Below are positions 24,600-38,370 of a stretch of DNA of 64,000 nucleotides, in pieces. Location of the stretch: NCBI GenBank assembly GCA_016748015.1, contig JAAOMT010000400.1, positions 186,001 through 250,000 of the forward strand, given 5' to 3'. Origin of the DNA: Geosiphon pyriformis uo1. Its lineage: Eukaryota; Fungi; Glomeromycota. Every line of letters starts with the position of its first letter. Position 1 is the stretch's first letter. The notes beneath the pieces are model-generated. The model was given only the letters and a program-made list of their open reading frames with translations. It was not told the origin of the DNA and searched no databases. Both the position numbers and the translations under genes were made by a program.

Positions 24600-27500
24600 A
24601 TTAAATTATCTTTACAATTTTTATTATTAATTAATATATATTATTATTTTAATTTATTATTTATTATTTTATTAAATTATCTGAATTATTATTTAATTAA
24701 TAATCTAATTTATATAAAACACAAATATAACCAAATTGTAATGATTAAATTATGTAATACATTAAACTATATAATATTTTGAAATTTGCCAAAATATTTA
24801 GTAATTTGACAAAACATTTAACAGTTTACTAAAATAATTTGTGGTTCAATAAAATATATATTTAATTTACTAAAATATTAGAAAAAAAAATTTTTAGATT
24901 ATAGAATAATATTACAACAAATTATATAAAAAAAAACTTTTCTTTTTGAAAAAATGTATCTTATTTAAAATCAAACTTTTATTAGATATTTTTTTTACAA
25001 ATTAACTCAAATAAAAACTCACTTGAAAAACATAAATTTTTTAAATATTTTGATTCGAAATTAATTATTTTATACTAATAGTTTGATTAGTTACCAATTT
25101 TTGTAATCATTAGTAACTTCTAGACTTGAATCCAAAATAACATTTTTAATAAATTTTTTATTTATTTTTTTCAATTTATTTTCTTTTTATTTTTTTATTT
25201 TTATTTTTTTATTTTTTTTATATTATTAAATAATCTATAGTCGAAATTTTTTGTAGAAAAATTGACTTTTATAGCAAAATAACTACATATATTTTAAAAA
25301 ACTTACAGACAAAATTTTTCTGTAAAAGATTTAACTTTTACCACAAAGTAATTATACAAAGTAATTTGCATAGAATTGGCCATTTCATTATAAATTCAAC
25401 AGTATATATAGTCCAAAATATAAAAAAATACTTTGAAAGAAGAATTAGCTTATTAAAAGTTTATTAACTTTTATTAACAACAAAATTACTAGCAAAATAG
25501 TATTAACAACATTAAAAAAAAAGTAGAAAAACCTCCAGTAACATTTAGTGATTTTTTAAAAATAATATAGCAATAACTAAATTAAAGTGACAATTATATT
25601 AGACATAACAACTTAAAGTATTATTAATTAATTTATATTTACTACAAACAACAATTTGAAATTCGAGATAAAATCATAATTTTTAAGAAAATACTTTTTT
25701 GATACATTGAAAATTAAATCAGCAATTATTTTTTTTAAAATTACTATATTATTAAAATCAAAAAAAATCTTCTTAAAAACTTAATTTACTATTTAAATAA
25801 AAATTCATAAGTTATTAGTACTGATGTTTACACTATTTATTTTAAAAAACTTAATTATAATATCATCAAGTTTTGTAAAAAAAATACTTTGTCAATTTAC
25901 AATTTATTTTGGAACTTAAATTTAAACTCAAACAAACAGCAAAGACAAACAAAAAAACACTAAACCTATTCACACAACTTTTAATATACCAAAAAATTAT
26001 TTAAACACTTGTAAACACCTAAAAAAAAACTAATTTTAAATTACTACTCTTAATTACATTTTTTTTAGTTTTATTTGTTTAAGTACAAACACCAAACTTG
26101 TCTCTTAATTATTAACTTAATTGCTGGATTTTAACAAGTAAAAATAGATTCAGAAAGTTACAAAAAAATTGCTTTTATTATAAAATATAATACATATAAA
26201 TTTATAGTCATGTTTTTAGATTAATTAATTTCTCATTTTTTAATAATTAATAAATAAAGTTTTTAAATTAGTCAACAAAGATTTTGTTTTAGTCTATTTA
26301 GATAACATAATAATATACTTAAAAATTTGAAATAAATATTTTAAATATTTATAAAAGGTTTTTAATTAAATCTTTTTTGAATAATAATCTACTTAGTTTT
26401 TTGGTTATTTTATTACAAAAGATAAAATTTTTCTTGATTTTATCAAAACAAAAAAAGTCTAAAATCTTAAATAACTAATAAATATATTTAAAATATACTT
26501 TTTTTTTGGTTTAGTTTTTATTATTAAAAATTTGTCAAAATTTTTTTTAAAATTACTGTATTTCTAAATCAATTGTTTAAAAAAAACATTAATTATTATT
26601 AAAGTATATATTAACTAAAAATTTTTGAAACTTTAAAAAAAAAATTTATCATTAAACTCATCTTTAAATAATCTGATTTTAATTGACTCTTTATTTTTTT
26701 ACACTAATATATTTGGTACTTGGTACTATTTTCTTTTAGAAAAATAATAATAGCAAAAAATATATAATAGTATATATTAGTAAAACACTTTTTTCAACAG
26801 AACAAAGCTATTTAGTTATTAAACAAAAATTCTTAACAGTAGTTTGGACTACTAATTACTAAGATAAATATTTTTTTAGTACCAAATTTTTAGTGTTAAC
26901 AAATTATTTAGTATTGATTTGACTATATAACAAAAAAAACTAAAATATAAATAGTTGATTTACTAAATATTTCAATTAAAAAAATTTGATTATAATATAT
27001 AATATTATAAAAAAACTAATTATTAAAACACTAATACTCTTTTTAGACTTATTATTAATTAATAGCACAACTATTTTTATTAAATTAACTTAATTATTAG
27101 TATAATTTTTTTAACTAAACATGATAATAAATTTGATCAACTATTTTGTCTTAATAAAATTTTTAAATAAAAAACAATATCTATTAAATTATATTTGACA
27201 GCAAAAAAAACATTTGTATAAACAATCAAATTTTTATTTTATTTATCAAAACCAGCTATATAAAAAAATAGAAAAAATCTTAATTATTCTTAAAGAGTTA
27301 TAAGATTTAAAAAAAAAATTATAATTTACAACATATATATTAATTTATTAGTTAAATACTTTGGAAAAACAAAAACAATTCAGAAAATTTTAATTTGCTA
27401 TTATTAACTTATTTTGAAAAAAAATATTGTTAACTATATTAAACTTTATAATATTTGTTAAGAAAACATTCATTCAATATTTGTTGGTTAATTATTTAAT

Positions 27501-29080
27501 AAAATTAAAATTAATATTATTAAACTCTTAAAAGTAATTCTTAATAACAATAAATATATTATAACAGTTATTAACTATTTTACAAAGTAAGTAGAAATAA
27601 GAGCTATATTTGACTAAATAGCAGTTTTTATTGTTAATTTTATTTATAAAGATATTGTTATAGTTAAAACTTATATTTCTTATTAATTATTATATGTATT
27701 AGCCATTGATGTCATATAAATTAGCCACTCTATTTTTAGATAGTAATCATTGATTTGATCAATGACCTGACCAATGACTTGATCATTGACCTGATCAATA
27801 ACCTGATTATTGACCTGACCATTGATCTGATTATTGACCTAGTTATTGATCTGATTATTAATCACTTTTAACAGCTATATAAGTGATGAATTTTTTAGCT
27901 ATAGAAAAGCATGTTCAAAATAATCAAGAATAAATAAAATAACAACTTTCATCTCAATCATTTTCTTATCGCTAATTTCCCTTTCTCTACCTTCAAGTAT
28001 TTAAACATCTTGGAATAAAAGATTACTTGTTGGTTAATTCTTACCCTTTTTCTGAAATGTATAAGTATAGCATTTGAAGATTATTGAATAAAACATGACT
28101 AAAAAGCACATTTGATACTTGATATTGAATTCTAAGAGTGCTGACATAAGGCATAGAATTATACCAAGTGTGATCATTTGTTGACAGTACAGACTATCTC
28201 TCTATCTTCAGATTTCCCAATTACTTTTTGAAACGAATAGCGACTGGAATATTTTATAAGACTGATCTCGCACATTAAATCCATACTTATTCAATTCACT
28301 CTTTGAAGTTGAATTCTTTTTGATTATTTCCATCACCTTACAATCTTATTCTCCTTTGCTATCCATTAGCTTGTTATTCCAACCCATAACAATATTATAT
28401 ATTACTATAGATGGCCTAAAAAACTTTTATTTAATAAAAAAAGAGCTTTTCTTAGTATTCTAATTAAAAAACTTTGTAAAAAACTAGAAATATATTATAA
28501 ACTTTTATTTTTTTATTACTTTTAAACAAATAATTTAGTAAAATATTTTAATAAAGTATTATATAAAAATTTAACCAAAACTAATAAAAAAAAATTTATA
28601 GAACAAAATACTGCTTTTAGCTTTATTTGTTTATAGAACTATAAATTATAATATAACAAGTTATAAGCTTTTTTATTTGCTTTATAGAAAAATAATAATA
28701 CTATTAATAGAAATTAATATTGAAACAATACTTTTTAAAAAAATTACAATAAAAAGTACAAAAATATTTTGCAAAAAAGACTTAATATAATTCTTTACTT
28801 ATTAATAAAAACATAAAAAAAATAAAACAGTTTCAAAAAAAACTCAAAAAAAAAAATATATAAAATATTTTTTTTAAATATTGGTAACTTAATTCTAAAA
28901 TATTGCTTAAACAAAAACAATGTCTATAAAAATAAATTTTTTAGTTAATAAAAAAGATTTTTTATAGTTAACAAAGTTTTGAACAATAATTTTTATATTC
29001 TATAAAATTAATATAAAACAATTTTTAATAATTAGTTTATATATAATACATAATTTAAAAAATATTATAAATAACTTAAT
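24600..29080 (+). mobile_element. Ghost Ty3/Gypsy LTR retrotransposon (leader/gag-like, RT, RNase H, integrase), internally deleted
   Basis: Back-reading transitions gives RT DL.AGFWQV...KTAFITKYGTYEF.VMPFGL...VLVYLDDI.IY (~26115-26320), RNH YTDAS...GA.LSQ...IAYASKTLS.AEQ.YS..E.E.LAVVW (~26700-26850), and integrase HHCC, IDYFTKWVEARA, FIY.DII..HG.PK.L.SD.G, YHPQTNGLVERFN (~27330-28560). RT-RNH-INT order indicates Gypsy. Confidence 0.85.
27656..28391 (+). mobile_element. Solo LTR (736 bp) inserted in the ghost integrase
   Basis: TGTTAT...CATAACA termini and 4-bp TSD ATAT (27652-27655 / 28392-28395). The integrase frame resumes across it. Contains a 12-bp ATTGACCTGATC tandem array and a TATATAA box. 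Confidence 0.9.
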
Positions 29081-29181
29081 TAATTGTCTATTATGATAAT
29101 ATCGACCCAAATAATTAACAAAAAACAGTTATAAATAGATATATTATTCTTAAAAACAGAAATATTTTCAATTAACATAAA

Positions 29182-32100
29182 AATATTTTAACTTCTTTCT
29201 TTTCTTCATCCAAAATTCCCAAAAAAGAGTCAAAATTTTTTGAAAAAAAAGTTTTTTTCACAATTCAGTATGATAAATCCAAACTCTTTATTCTTGACTA
29301 TGAAGCCACTGTTGGCTGTAGCATTGCTGTTATGAAAAAGACTGCTAAAGTTTCTGGTTCTAATGATAACTTCAAGCCCATTTTTTCAAGGAAAAAGAAA
29401 AGAGGTGGTGTTTTAGAAAATGGTTTTGGTAGTAAGATTGTTAGTTCTAAGATTCAGAATAGTCATTCATGGAGTTCAGAGACCAGTAACACCACTGAGT
29501 CTGATAGCATTAACATAGAGGAAGAATGTCTGGTGGAAGAAACTAGCTTTAGACAAGAAAGTAGAGAAGAGTCTGGTGGTGTTGATACTGATATGACACC
29601 TAAAGGTCTTAAAAGAATTGTTACTAAGCATTTTCTTGGAAAGCTTCTTGGCATTATTAACTTCGGCATAGAAAATAATGATGATGATGATATTTTGGAT
29701 GGGTTACTCTCTTTTCCTCTCTTTTTCTCTCTCAAACATATGGTGCAGGTCTTGGTTAGGAAATCTTTTGCTCTGGATATTAATCTTGGAGTAGTGGCTG
29801 ACAAGTCATTTCAAGAGAAATTAGCTTATGTCAGAAAAATTTTCTCTGGTGTAAATGGTTTTGGGGGGAGGCTTCTACTCCCTCAAAATTTGGTAAAATA
29901 ATTCGGGCTTCTTTTACTTCTGATGAGGCAATGATGGCTGTAGCAAAATTGACAAATGATCATGATATTGTAGTAAACACTAATCTTAAGCGCCCTGGCA
30001 ACAATTGTATGAATTGGGCAATTGTGCTGAAAAAAATCTCAGTGGGAACATCTGTGGAGGCTGTGTGCATGGCTGTATCCGAATTTGGGGTAATTAAGAT
30101 GATTAAAATGCAACTGGTAGATTTGTGGCAGAAAGCGATCATCGAATTGGAAGATTAGAATCAAGCTAATTTGTTAGCTGCTAAATAGTTCATCCTAATT
30201 AGAAAAGATGCAGTATGAGTAGCCAGAGCTAACATCGACAAACAGTTATGGGATGTCCAAGATAGTTTCAGAGTCTTGCTGTATACTCTCCTCATGAGAA
30301 CTACTGCTCATAATTTGTGAGATTTTATTGGTTCTGTTGGTGGAAAGACCTGCTTTATTGATTATAATTCTGTCAATTATTTTCATGTCCACTGTGCTAC
30401 TGTGTGCTTTAGCTCTGAGTTGGATTTGGTTGGTGCTATGACAGCGACTCCAGTTATAAAGAGTGTTGGTCTTTACTGGTCTTGTCTCTCTTAGGCTTTA
30501 TGTGCAGTTTGCAAAGGTTTTGGTCATACATCTCTTAGTTGTTGGTCAGTTAAGGATGCTGTGGCTCCAGGTGGCAGAAAGGCTTCTCTTTCAGCTCAAA
30601 ACCAGTTCAAGTTGGCTAGGATTTATGTGAAAAAGTCTGTATCTATTTCTTGTCCTTTGGCTTTCAGTGGTAAACTTGGACATCAGTAGTTGGTGCTCCT
30701 CTTGTGCATGCTTTTCATGATGCTAGTATGTCTCTTTGTTTCAATAAAATTGGTGAACCCCTTCCTCTGGTTGTAAACAACTTGAAATCACATCTGGTTG
30801 GTATTGAAAGCAGTCTTGTCAGCCTCGCAAAACAGATTGGTAAGTTGGTTAAGAGATTGGAGTCACTTGTGTCAGCAGTTTCCCAGCCTAGCCCTGGATG
30901 TCAACTACCAATAACTCTCCCATCACAGAATCAAGGGGAGGATATAGTGATGAAAGTAGGTTTGGGTGAAGCCACTAGTGACAAGATTGTTCTGATTGTG
31001 GACTCAACAGCATCTTCTCATGTTGTCAAACTGAAAAAAATACTGGATGGCCTCTTCAGGTCTGTGTTAAGCTTGTCTGCTCACTTCGATAGTTTGGCTT
31101 TGACTGGTGGTGCCACTTCCCTAACTTCTTCTCAATGAGTAATCTTATGTAGAGGGTTGCTACATGCAATATTAGAGGTATGAACATTCCTGCAAAACAG
31201 GATGATATTGTTCAATGGCATAAAGATATGGACAATTTGGTTTTGATTTTTATGAAAACAAAGTTAAGAAATAAGGCTTGTTCTTGGTTGGTTGACAAAT
31301 TTAATGATGTTCATGTGTTTTCTTCTGGTTTGAACTCTGGCTATATGGGTGCTGGTGTTGTGATTGTTATGAACAGATCTTTGGCTAGACATGTATATAA
31401 GGTTTCTGAGGTCCCAGGTTGTCTTCTCTGCATTAAGTTACTTTTCAAAAATAAACTTTTGGTTTCAATTCTGGGACTGTATGCTGATGCCTCCTTGACT
31501 ACTCAATTTTCCCAGGCTGATGAGATCAATTCCTTGATTGTGAAAGCTGTGAATGAATCCTCTTTTGTCATTCTTGGTGGTGATTTCAATGAAGATGATT
31601 CTCATAAGTGCACTAGTTTTAAAAAGTGCCATGATTTGGATTTGATTAATTCTTTGGGTGGGAGCTCCTTTGCTAAGGCACCAACTTGGAGCAATTCTCA
31701 GGATGTTGCCAAGACTATTGATTATGTGTTTGTTTCCTCAAATCTGGTGAATGTGATAATACAGTGTGATGTTTCCGTTGTCAGTGACCATTTTGATATG
31801 GATCACAAAGCTGTTTCTGTTTCTTTGGATTTGGGTGGCCTTTTAGATGTAAAATTAAACTCTCTCCATAAACAAACAAATAAGAACTGATGGAAGTTCA
31901 ATTTTAAAGGTGTTGATGAGATTAAATAGAATAATTTTAAAGATTCTATACTGGCCAATTCTACAATATTCTCAGATGAATTCGTTGCATCTGTAAAATT
32001 TTCGGATTTGGATGCTATGTGGTGTGTTGTGTGCAAAGTTATAACTCTTTCAGCTAATGAAGTTTTCAAAAAAAAGTGGTTTAGAGGATTTGATGAAGTT

Positions 32101-35100
32101 TTTACCAAAGATTCTTCAAAGTTTTATAGATTGAAGCTTTTGGTTTCTAGAATCATCAAGACTTTACATGGGGAAGATGCTAGATACTTTATCTTATAAA
32201 ATGTTGGAGTTCTGTGGACAATGTCAAGTCTTTTGTTGTTCAAAATCTGGTGGACTCTGGAACTGGTTCTGATCATATTTGTTCTGCTTTTTTTGGTGCT
32301 AGAAAGTCTTACCATGCTTCCAAACTCACTGAATCTCTGAGAGCTAAGAAAGCTAACATTAGGTCTGCTATTGATAAGAAAATGGAGAGCTTTGAGGTCA
32401 ACAAGAGTCATACAATCAGGAGTGTACTGAAGCATTCTTTCCATAAAGTGGTGCTAAACCATCTGGTGGTTAATGATGATTTGATTTTGGAGCCTGATTT
32501 GGTTAAGTCTAAGGTAGATGTAATTATAGAAGGATGGACCAAGAAGCGTCATGTTGCTGATGATATCTCAATTGATTGGCACCATCAATATCAACCTTTG
32601 GAATACGTTTTTGATAAAGCCTTTTCTGGTGTGATGTGCTTGATTGGTTTTAATGAATTTTTTAGGATGGTTTCTGAACTGTCTGATAACAAATCTGCTG
32701 GTTTGTCTGATATCTTAAACAAACTTTGGAAACATTGCAATAAGTCTGTTCTGAATATGCTCTTGGTGATTTTGAACCTTTGTCTGTCTAGTGAATTGGT
32801 GCCTGGCCTTTGAAAAGAGGCCTGAATCTCGATGATTCTCAAACTGTATGAGTGGAAGGGTGTTTTGACCAATACTCATCCTATTGCTTTGATCAAAACA
32901 GCTCATAAGATTCTTTCTAAGATTCTTTCTGACAGGATCTCCTTGGCATGTAGTGCTTTTGATGTCTTTCATGAGAACAATTTCTCGGTTTTAAAGAGTA
33001 CAACAATTCAATCTCCTATTTTTGTAATTGGTTCAGTGGTAGAAGATGTTTTGAAAAAAAACCAAGAGCTCTGGCTGGTTTTACAAGACATGTGGAAAGC
33101 ATATAATTCAGTTGGCTGGAAACATCTCAAAAATAGTTTGATCAGGATTAAGATGTGTAGCAAATTCATTTGCTTTTTTGGCAACATTCACAATGATCAT
33201 ACCAACTGGGTTATAACAGATTTTGGTTTGATGGATGATTATCATGTACATAATAGCCTGGATCAAAGAGAAGTTTTCTCACCCCTTTTGTGGCAAAAAT
33301 TTTATGATCCTTTGTTGTGTGAAGTCAAGCATCAGGAGAGTGTATGTGGATATAGGCTGAATTCTTATTTTATCTCCAAAAATGGTTGTGCTAAATTTTG
33401 GGCTGAACAATTTTTTTTTTTTGCTGCTGGTGCCTTTGTTAATGATATGATTTGAGTTGGTAGCAGTCTAAGTGCTACTCAACATATTCTCAATGTTGCC
33501 AGTGAATTTTTTCAGATTAATGACATCTCAATTAACAATGACAAAACAGTGGCAATTCTTATTAACAGCAGGGTTAGCAATTCTTCTCTTTCTATTAGTG
33601 GTCTGCTTATTTCAGTCGCCAAAAAGGGGGAGTCTCATTGATACTTGGGTATTTTTCTTTTGACTGAGGGTCTTTCTAAACCTAGTTTAGTAAGGGTGCA
33701 TTCAGATGTTCGTTTTTTCACTAATTTGGTTTTGAAAAAAGCTGTCCCAGATAAACAGTTTTTGTATTTGGTTTCGGCTGTCCTTCATCCTATTGTTGGC
33801 TATAGAACACAGTTTAGTTTTGTTCCTGTTGGTGTGTACAACAATGGGATGCTTTGATTTGCAGAGGCTTGAAGCTAAAATCTGGTTTTCTACTGGATTT
33901 TCCTAGTGATACAATTCATCACTCCTTCTTTTATAGCTTAAAGTCTTTTTTGCAGTGTCAATCTGAGGGCAAAGTTGCTTCACTTATTAGTTTTGCAAAC
34001 TCTGGTGGAATTTTGGGGCATTTGTTTGGTCACAGATTTTGTGTTGGCAACCTATCCATTCATTGGTTTCTCTTGTTCGTATTCGTGTCAATGTTTCTAA
34101 TAATTTCTTAGCTGATATGGTTCATATTCTTTTTGACTGCAAGTTGTCTTTGGGCGGCTCTTTGGCCAGCTCTTTCCAGCTTCACAGTAGAGTACTTATG
34201 TCAGTTGTTCTTGGTGAGTCTTTGTTTTGCAAGTTTTTATCTTCTCTCTGGCATTATGGTGTTGTCTTCATAAACCAGTTTCATGATTGTAATGGTGGTG
34301 TCTTTAGCTGGTACACCTTTAAGCGATAGAAGAGACTGGACTCTTATGGTCTAGTTCCCAAATGGTTCGACCTTTCTGTTGTATTTTTTGAGACTCTTTA
34401 TTCTTCTCCATTGGTGTTGGCTGGTGCTGGCCCTCTGGACATTTGTGGTTCTAATGATTTTGTGTCTATCTGTGATTGCCTTTCTCAGGTTGATGCTGAT
34501 AGCTTGTCTGTGTACACAGATGGTTTATTGAAAATTTTGGATATGGTTGGTTGTAGGGCTGGAGCTGCTGCCTTTTTTGAGGACATTAATTTGGGTTTGG
34601 GTGTTAGTATTTATGGCTTATTGTTGTCTACTTTGACAGAACTGCAGGCCATAGTATTGGCTCTGGAGTGTATGCCTGTGGCTTATTCTGTTCATCTGTT
34701 TTCGGATAGTCAGATGGCTTTGAATACTTGCAGGTCAGAGTTTGACTTAGTGTGTCCTGATTTTCACAATCAGTGTTGGATCAAACGTCGGCATATTAGG
34801 AATGTTATTCACAGCAAGAATTTGAGAATTAAATGGCATAAGGTTAAGGGCCACTCTGGTATTTCGGGGAATGATTGCACCAATAGCATTGCTAATGCTG
34901 TGTCTCTCTCTAATTGGTATCTTCCTCTTCGTGTTAGTGAACATTTTTTGTTGGCAGATGATAATATTGTTTCTGGTAATTTTAGGCACTTTGTCCATGA
35001 TGTTTTTCATGCTGTTTGTCATGCACATTGGGAGGTTGGTTCTGGTTCTGGATTTTTAGATGGTGGTCTGTGTTCAGATGTCAATTGGCTTTGTTTTTCC

Positions 35101-35918
35101 AAAGTTTGGCATCCTAATTTGCATATAGCCACTGGTTTCACTAGCAGGCTCACTGCTGACATTCGAACTTACTTCATAAAGGCTTTGCACTGTCAGCTTC
35201 CCATGGCTGTCTGAAAGCACATGTACAATAAATGTTATCCTAGTGTTCTATGTCTATATTATGGTGAGATAAAAGTGTTTGATTATGTGTTTTCTTGTGT
35301 TGTTGATAATTTAGCTTGCCATTAGGTCTTGGAATCTTGCATGTCTTCTTGGAGAGTGCTTTCTGGTCTCTCTCTTCCTTTTTCAGGTGTGTTGCAGATG
35401 CTGTCAATCTGTGCTTTGGATTTCCTGGTTTCATCAGCTCTTTACAAGGGTTTTGTTTTCAATGATTGGCTTTGGGAGACTATTTCCATCTTCCATCTCA
35501 AAGTTGCTGGTGTTAAAATTGTTGATTTTGTGCATTCTATTTGTCTTGCTTTCAGGAATGATGTTTGGTTGGTCTGTGCTAAGCATCACGCATTTATGGA
35601 AAAAAATAGCTTGATCTCAGTAGATGGCTCGATCTTTGTCTTGGTTTCTGGTTTGGCTTTGGAGTTTTCAGCTGGTGTGATTAAATTGCTTGGTATTGCT
35701 AAAGCTTTTAGTGTCCATTTTGGGTTTTGCAAGTCTTGTTCATTTTTTTCAGATATTAGCAACTTGGTTTTTGTCAATATAAGTGTATAGTGTTGTCCTG
35801 ACTGGCTTGAATGGCTGGTCATGTGTAAAAAACACATGATTCATGCTTAGTTTTAATCATTTTTTTGATGTATAGTTCTAAATAATATTTGGACCTCATT
35901 AAATAAATAAATAAATAA
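29182..35918 (+). mobile_element. LINE-B: full-length RNase H LINE, more decayed (stops and frameshifts); ORF1 ~29332-31138, ORF2 31135-35790
   Basis: Same APE/RT/RNH motifs (GGDFN, IDYVFV, KAYNSV, FVNDM, TDGL, KGHSG). ATGA ORF overlap at 31135. 3' tail 35790-35918. Candidate TSD AATTAACATAAA (~29170 / ~35920). Confidence 0.92.
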
Positions 35919-36518
35919 AAATTAACATAAATAATTATTTTCTGGATCAAAACATTTAAAACATTTTCTATACTTTTTATGAGTATTGAATCAAAAACTA
36001 TTGGAAAACAAACCACTATAATTGATAATAATAAAACACATACTGTTATTAAACCAAAAAAAACTATTACCAAAAAAAAAACTGGTAATAAAATAGATAA
36101 ATATTTGCTTAAAAACATAATAATAGCAATACTCTTATTTTTTATTATAATTGAAAAAATGATTCAAAAAATTTTGCCTATAAACAAAAATTTGTTATAT
36201 AAAAAACAATTCAAGTTTTATAATTGTTTTAAAAAACATAAAGCTTATAAAAAAGATAACTTTAGAAATACAAATAAAAATTCTAGGCATTATATAATTA
36301 GATGTTTCAAAAGTTTTGACTATTATTAAAAAAACCAAAACTTTTATACAAAAATTTAGTATTTTGAATACAAAATTTATTTTATTTTAGGTATTATATA
36401 TTTTATTTATAAAAAACTTTACCAAATTAGTTAGTTTTAAGTTAAATAAAACTTTTCAAATAGAATATCTTATAAATAGCTTGATTTTGCCAAAGCTTAA
36501 TCTTTTTGGAGAAAATAA

Positions 36519-37204
36519 TATTATGAGTAAAACTTATAGTTTTTATTAATTATTATATATATTAATTAATAATATTATATAATTAGTTATTTTATTTTTA
36601 GATAATAATTATTAATCTAATTATTAATTTAATCATTAACTTGATTAATAATTTAATTATTAATCTAATTACTAACTTTGTTAATTATTTTTAATATTTA
36701 TATAAGCAGTAAGTTTTTTAACTGTAAAAAAATATAATCATGAAGAAATAAAATAACAACTATCATCTTAATCTTTCTTATATTACTTATTCCTTTTTTT
36801 TTACCTTCAAGTATCTAAATATTTTGAAATAAAAAATCATTTATTGGTATTTACTTACTTTTTACTTGATTTGTATAATTGTAATATTTGAAAATTATTG
36901 AATAAAATATGATTGAAAAAAATATCTAAAACCTAATATTAAATTTTAAAAATATTAACATAAGATATAGAATTATATTAGTGTGTTATTATTTGTTAAC
37001 AGTACAAATTATCTCTTTATCTTCAATTTTTTTGGTTATTTTTAAAAAAAAATAGTAACTGAGATATTTTATAAAACTAATTTTATATATTAAATCTATA
37101 TTTATTTAATTTGCTCTTTGAAGTTAAATTTTTTTTGATCTATTTTATTATTTTACAATTTTGTTTTTTTGCTATTTGTTATTTTGTTATTTTAATTCAT
37201 AATA
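36519..37204 (+). mobile_element. Second, more decayed copy of the 27656-28391 LTR
   Basis: Collinear along its whole length (e.g. TACCTTCAAGTAT, ACAGTACA.A.TATCTC, CTCTTTGAAGTT). Termini have decayed to TATTATG...CATAATA. No clear TSD. Confidence 0.85.
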
Positions 37205-38370
37205 GTATATAAATAATTAATGTATTTAAAATAGTTTTAATATAATATATAAATTTTATATAATTTAACTATATATATAGTATTTTGTAAACTAAAAAAA
37301 GTATTAGTTTTATATTGAACCAATTTTTTTTTATAGTTTTATAATAAGCAGTTAATTATTTTTCTATATTTTTTTTCTTTTCCTTAAGTTTTAAATACTT
37401 CTTATTAATATTTAAAATATGTATGTATTTTTTATTATCTTTTCAAATTTTTTATTACTTTTTAGTCTTTTAATATATGTTATTAACATTATTACTGGAA
37501 GATTTTCACACTTTTCAATGCAAAAATTACAACACATACAATAAAAATTAACATTAAAATCATGTGAAAAAGACTTATATCATTGCACTTAATCAACAAA
37601 ATCAATTGACAATCTGAAAATAAATGATTAGCAATTAATCCAATTACAACAAAAAAATATGACACAATCTAACAGTTTAACTAAATTAAATACAAAGAAA
37701 TCTTAACAAACCAAAAAATACCAATGAAAATGAATAATTAATATATGTAATCTGATAATAATAGGCTTTATTATGCTCTAAAATTTTCATATGTTTTTAT
37801 TAAAACAATCTAACATTCCAGATTTGCAATCAATAATTAAAAGTAATTACCAAGAAATATAATTAATTAATCTATTTCTAATTATGTTAATCATAATTAT
37901 AATTGGTATTATTAATTTACAATCAATGTTTTAGATCCAGCCATCTAAATCTGATTATCTATATTACTAGCTCTTAAATAAATAATATGTTAAGTAAGTT
38001 TATTATAAATTAATTAAATTAAAATATATAAATAATTGATATATCTTAAATAGTCTTAATATAGTATATAGATCTGATATAATTTAGCTATATATATAAT
38101 CTTTCTGTTAGCTCAAAAAAGTATTAGTTCAATACTAAGCCAACTTTTCATTATAGTTTTATAGTAAACAGTTAGTTTTTTGCTTTATATCTCATTCTTT
38201 TCTTTCCTCTTCTTATGTTCTAAATACTTGTTATCACAATCTCAAGTATGTCTTCTTATATTTTTTATTACTATTTGGAATCATGTTATTTATAACTTTT
38301 TATTTATTTGTTATCACTATTTCAAGTTTTTCTATTATTTCTAATTATTCAAATTATGTATTATTACTAT
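37205..38370 (+). repeat. Pair of ~280-380-bp direct repeats (37205-37488 and ~37988-38370) flanking ~500 bp; possible LTRs of a miniature retroelement
   Basis: AAAAAAGTATTAGTT...CAA.TTTT..TTATAGTTTTATA.TAA.CAGTTA occurs at ~37295 and ~38115. TGTTAA start and TTAACA end are visible. Confidence 0.5.

Noticed and set aside
11307-36329. Ile/Phe/Lys/Asn-rich ORFs in AT deserts (11307, 21412, 22418, 35819, 35979)
   Set aside because: Compositional artefacts of hypermutated TE sequence. The 35979 ORF as an env-like gene could not be supported.
27656-37204. The two homologous LTRs as ends of one 9.5-kb retrotransposon
   Set aside because: The first has its own TSD and interrupts a continuous integrase, and the two copies differ greatly in decay.
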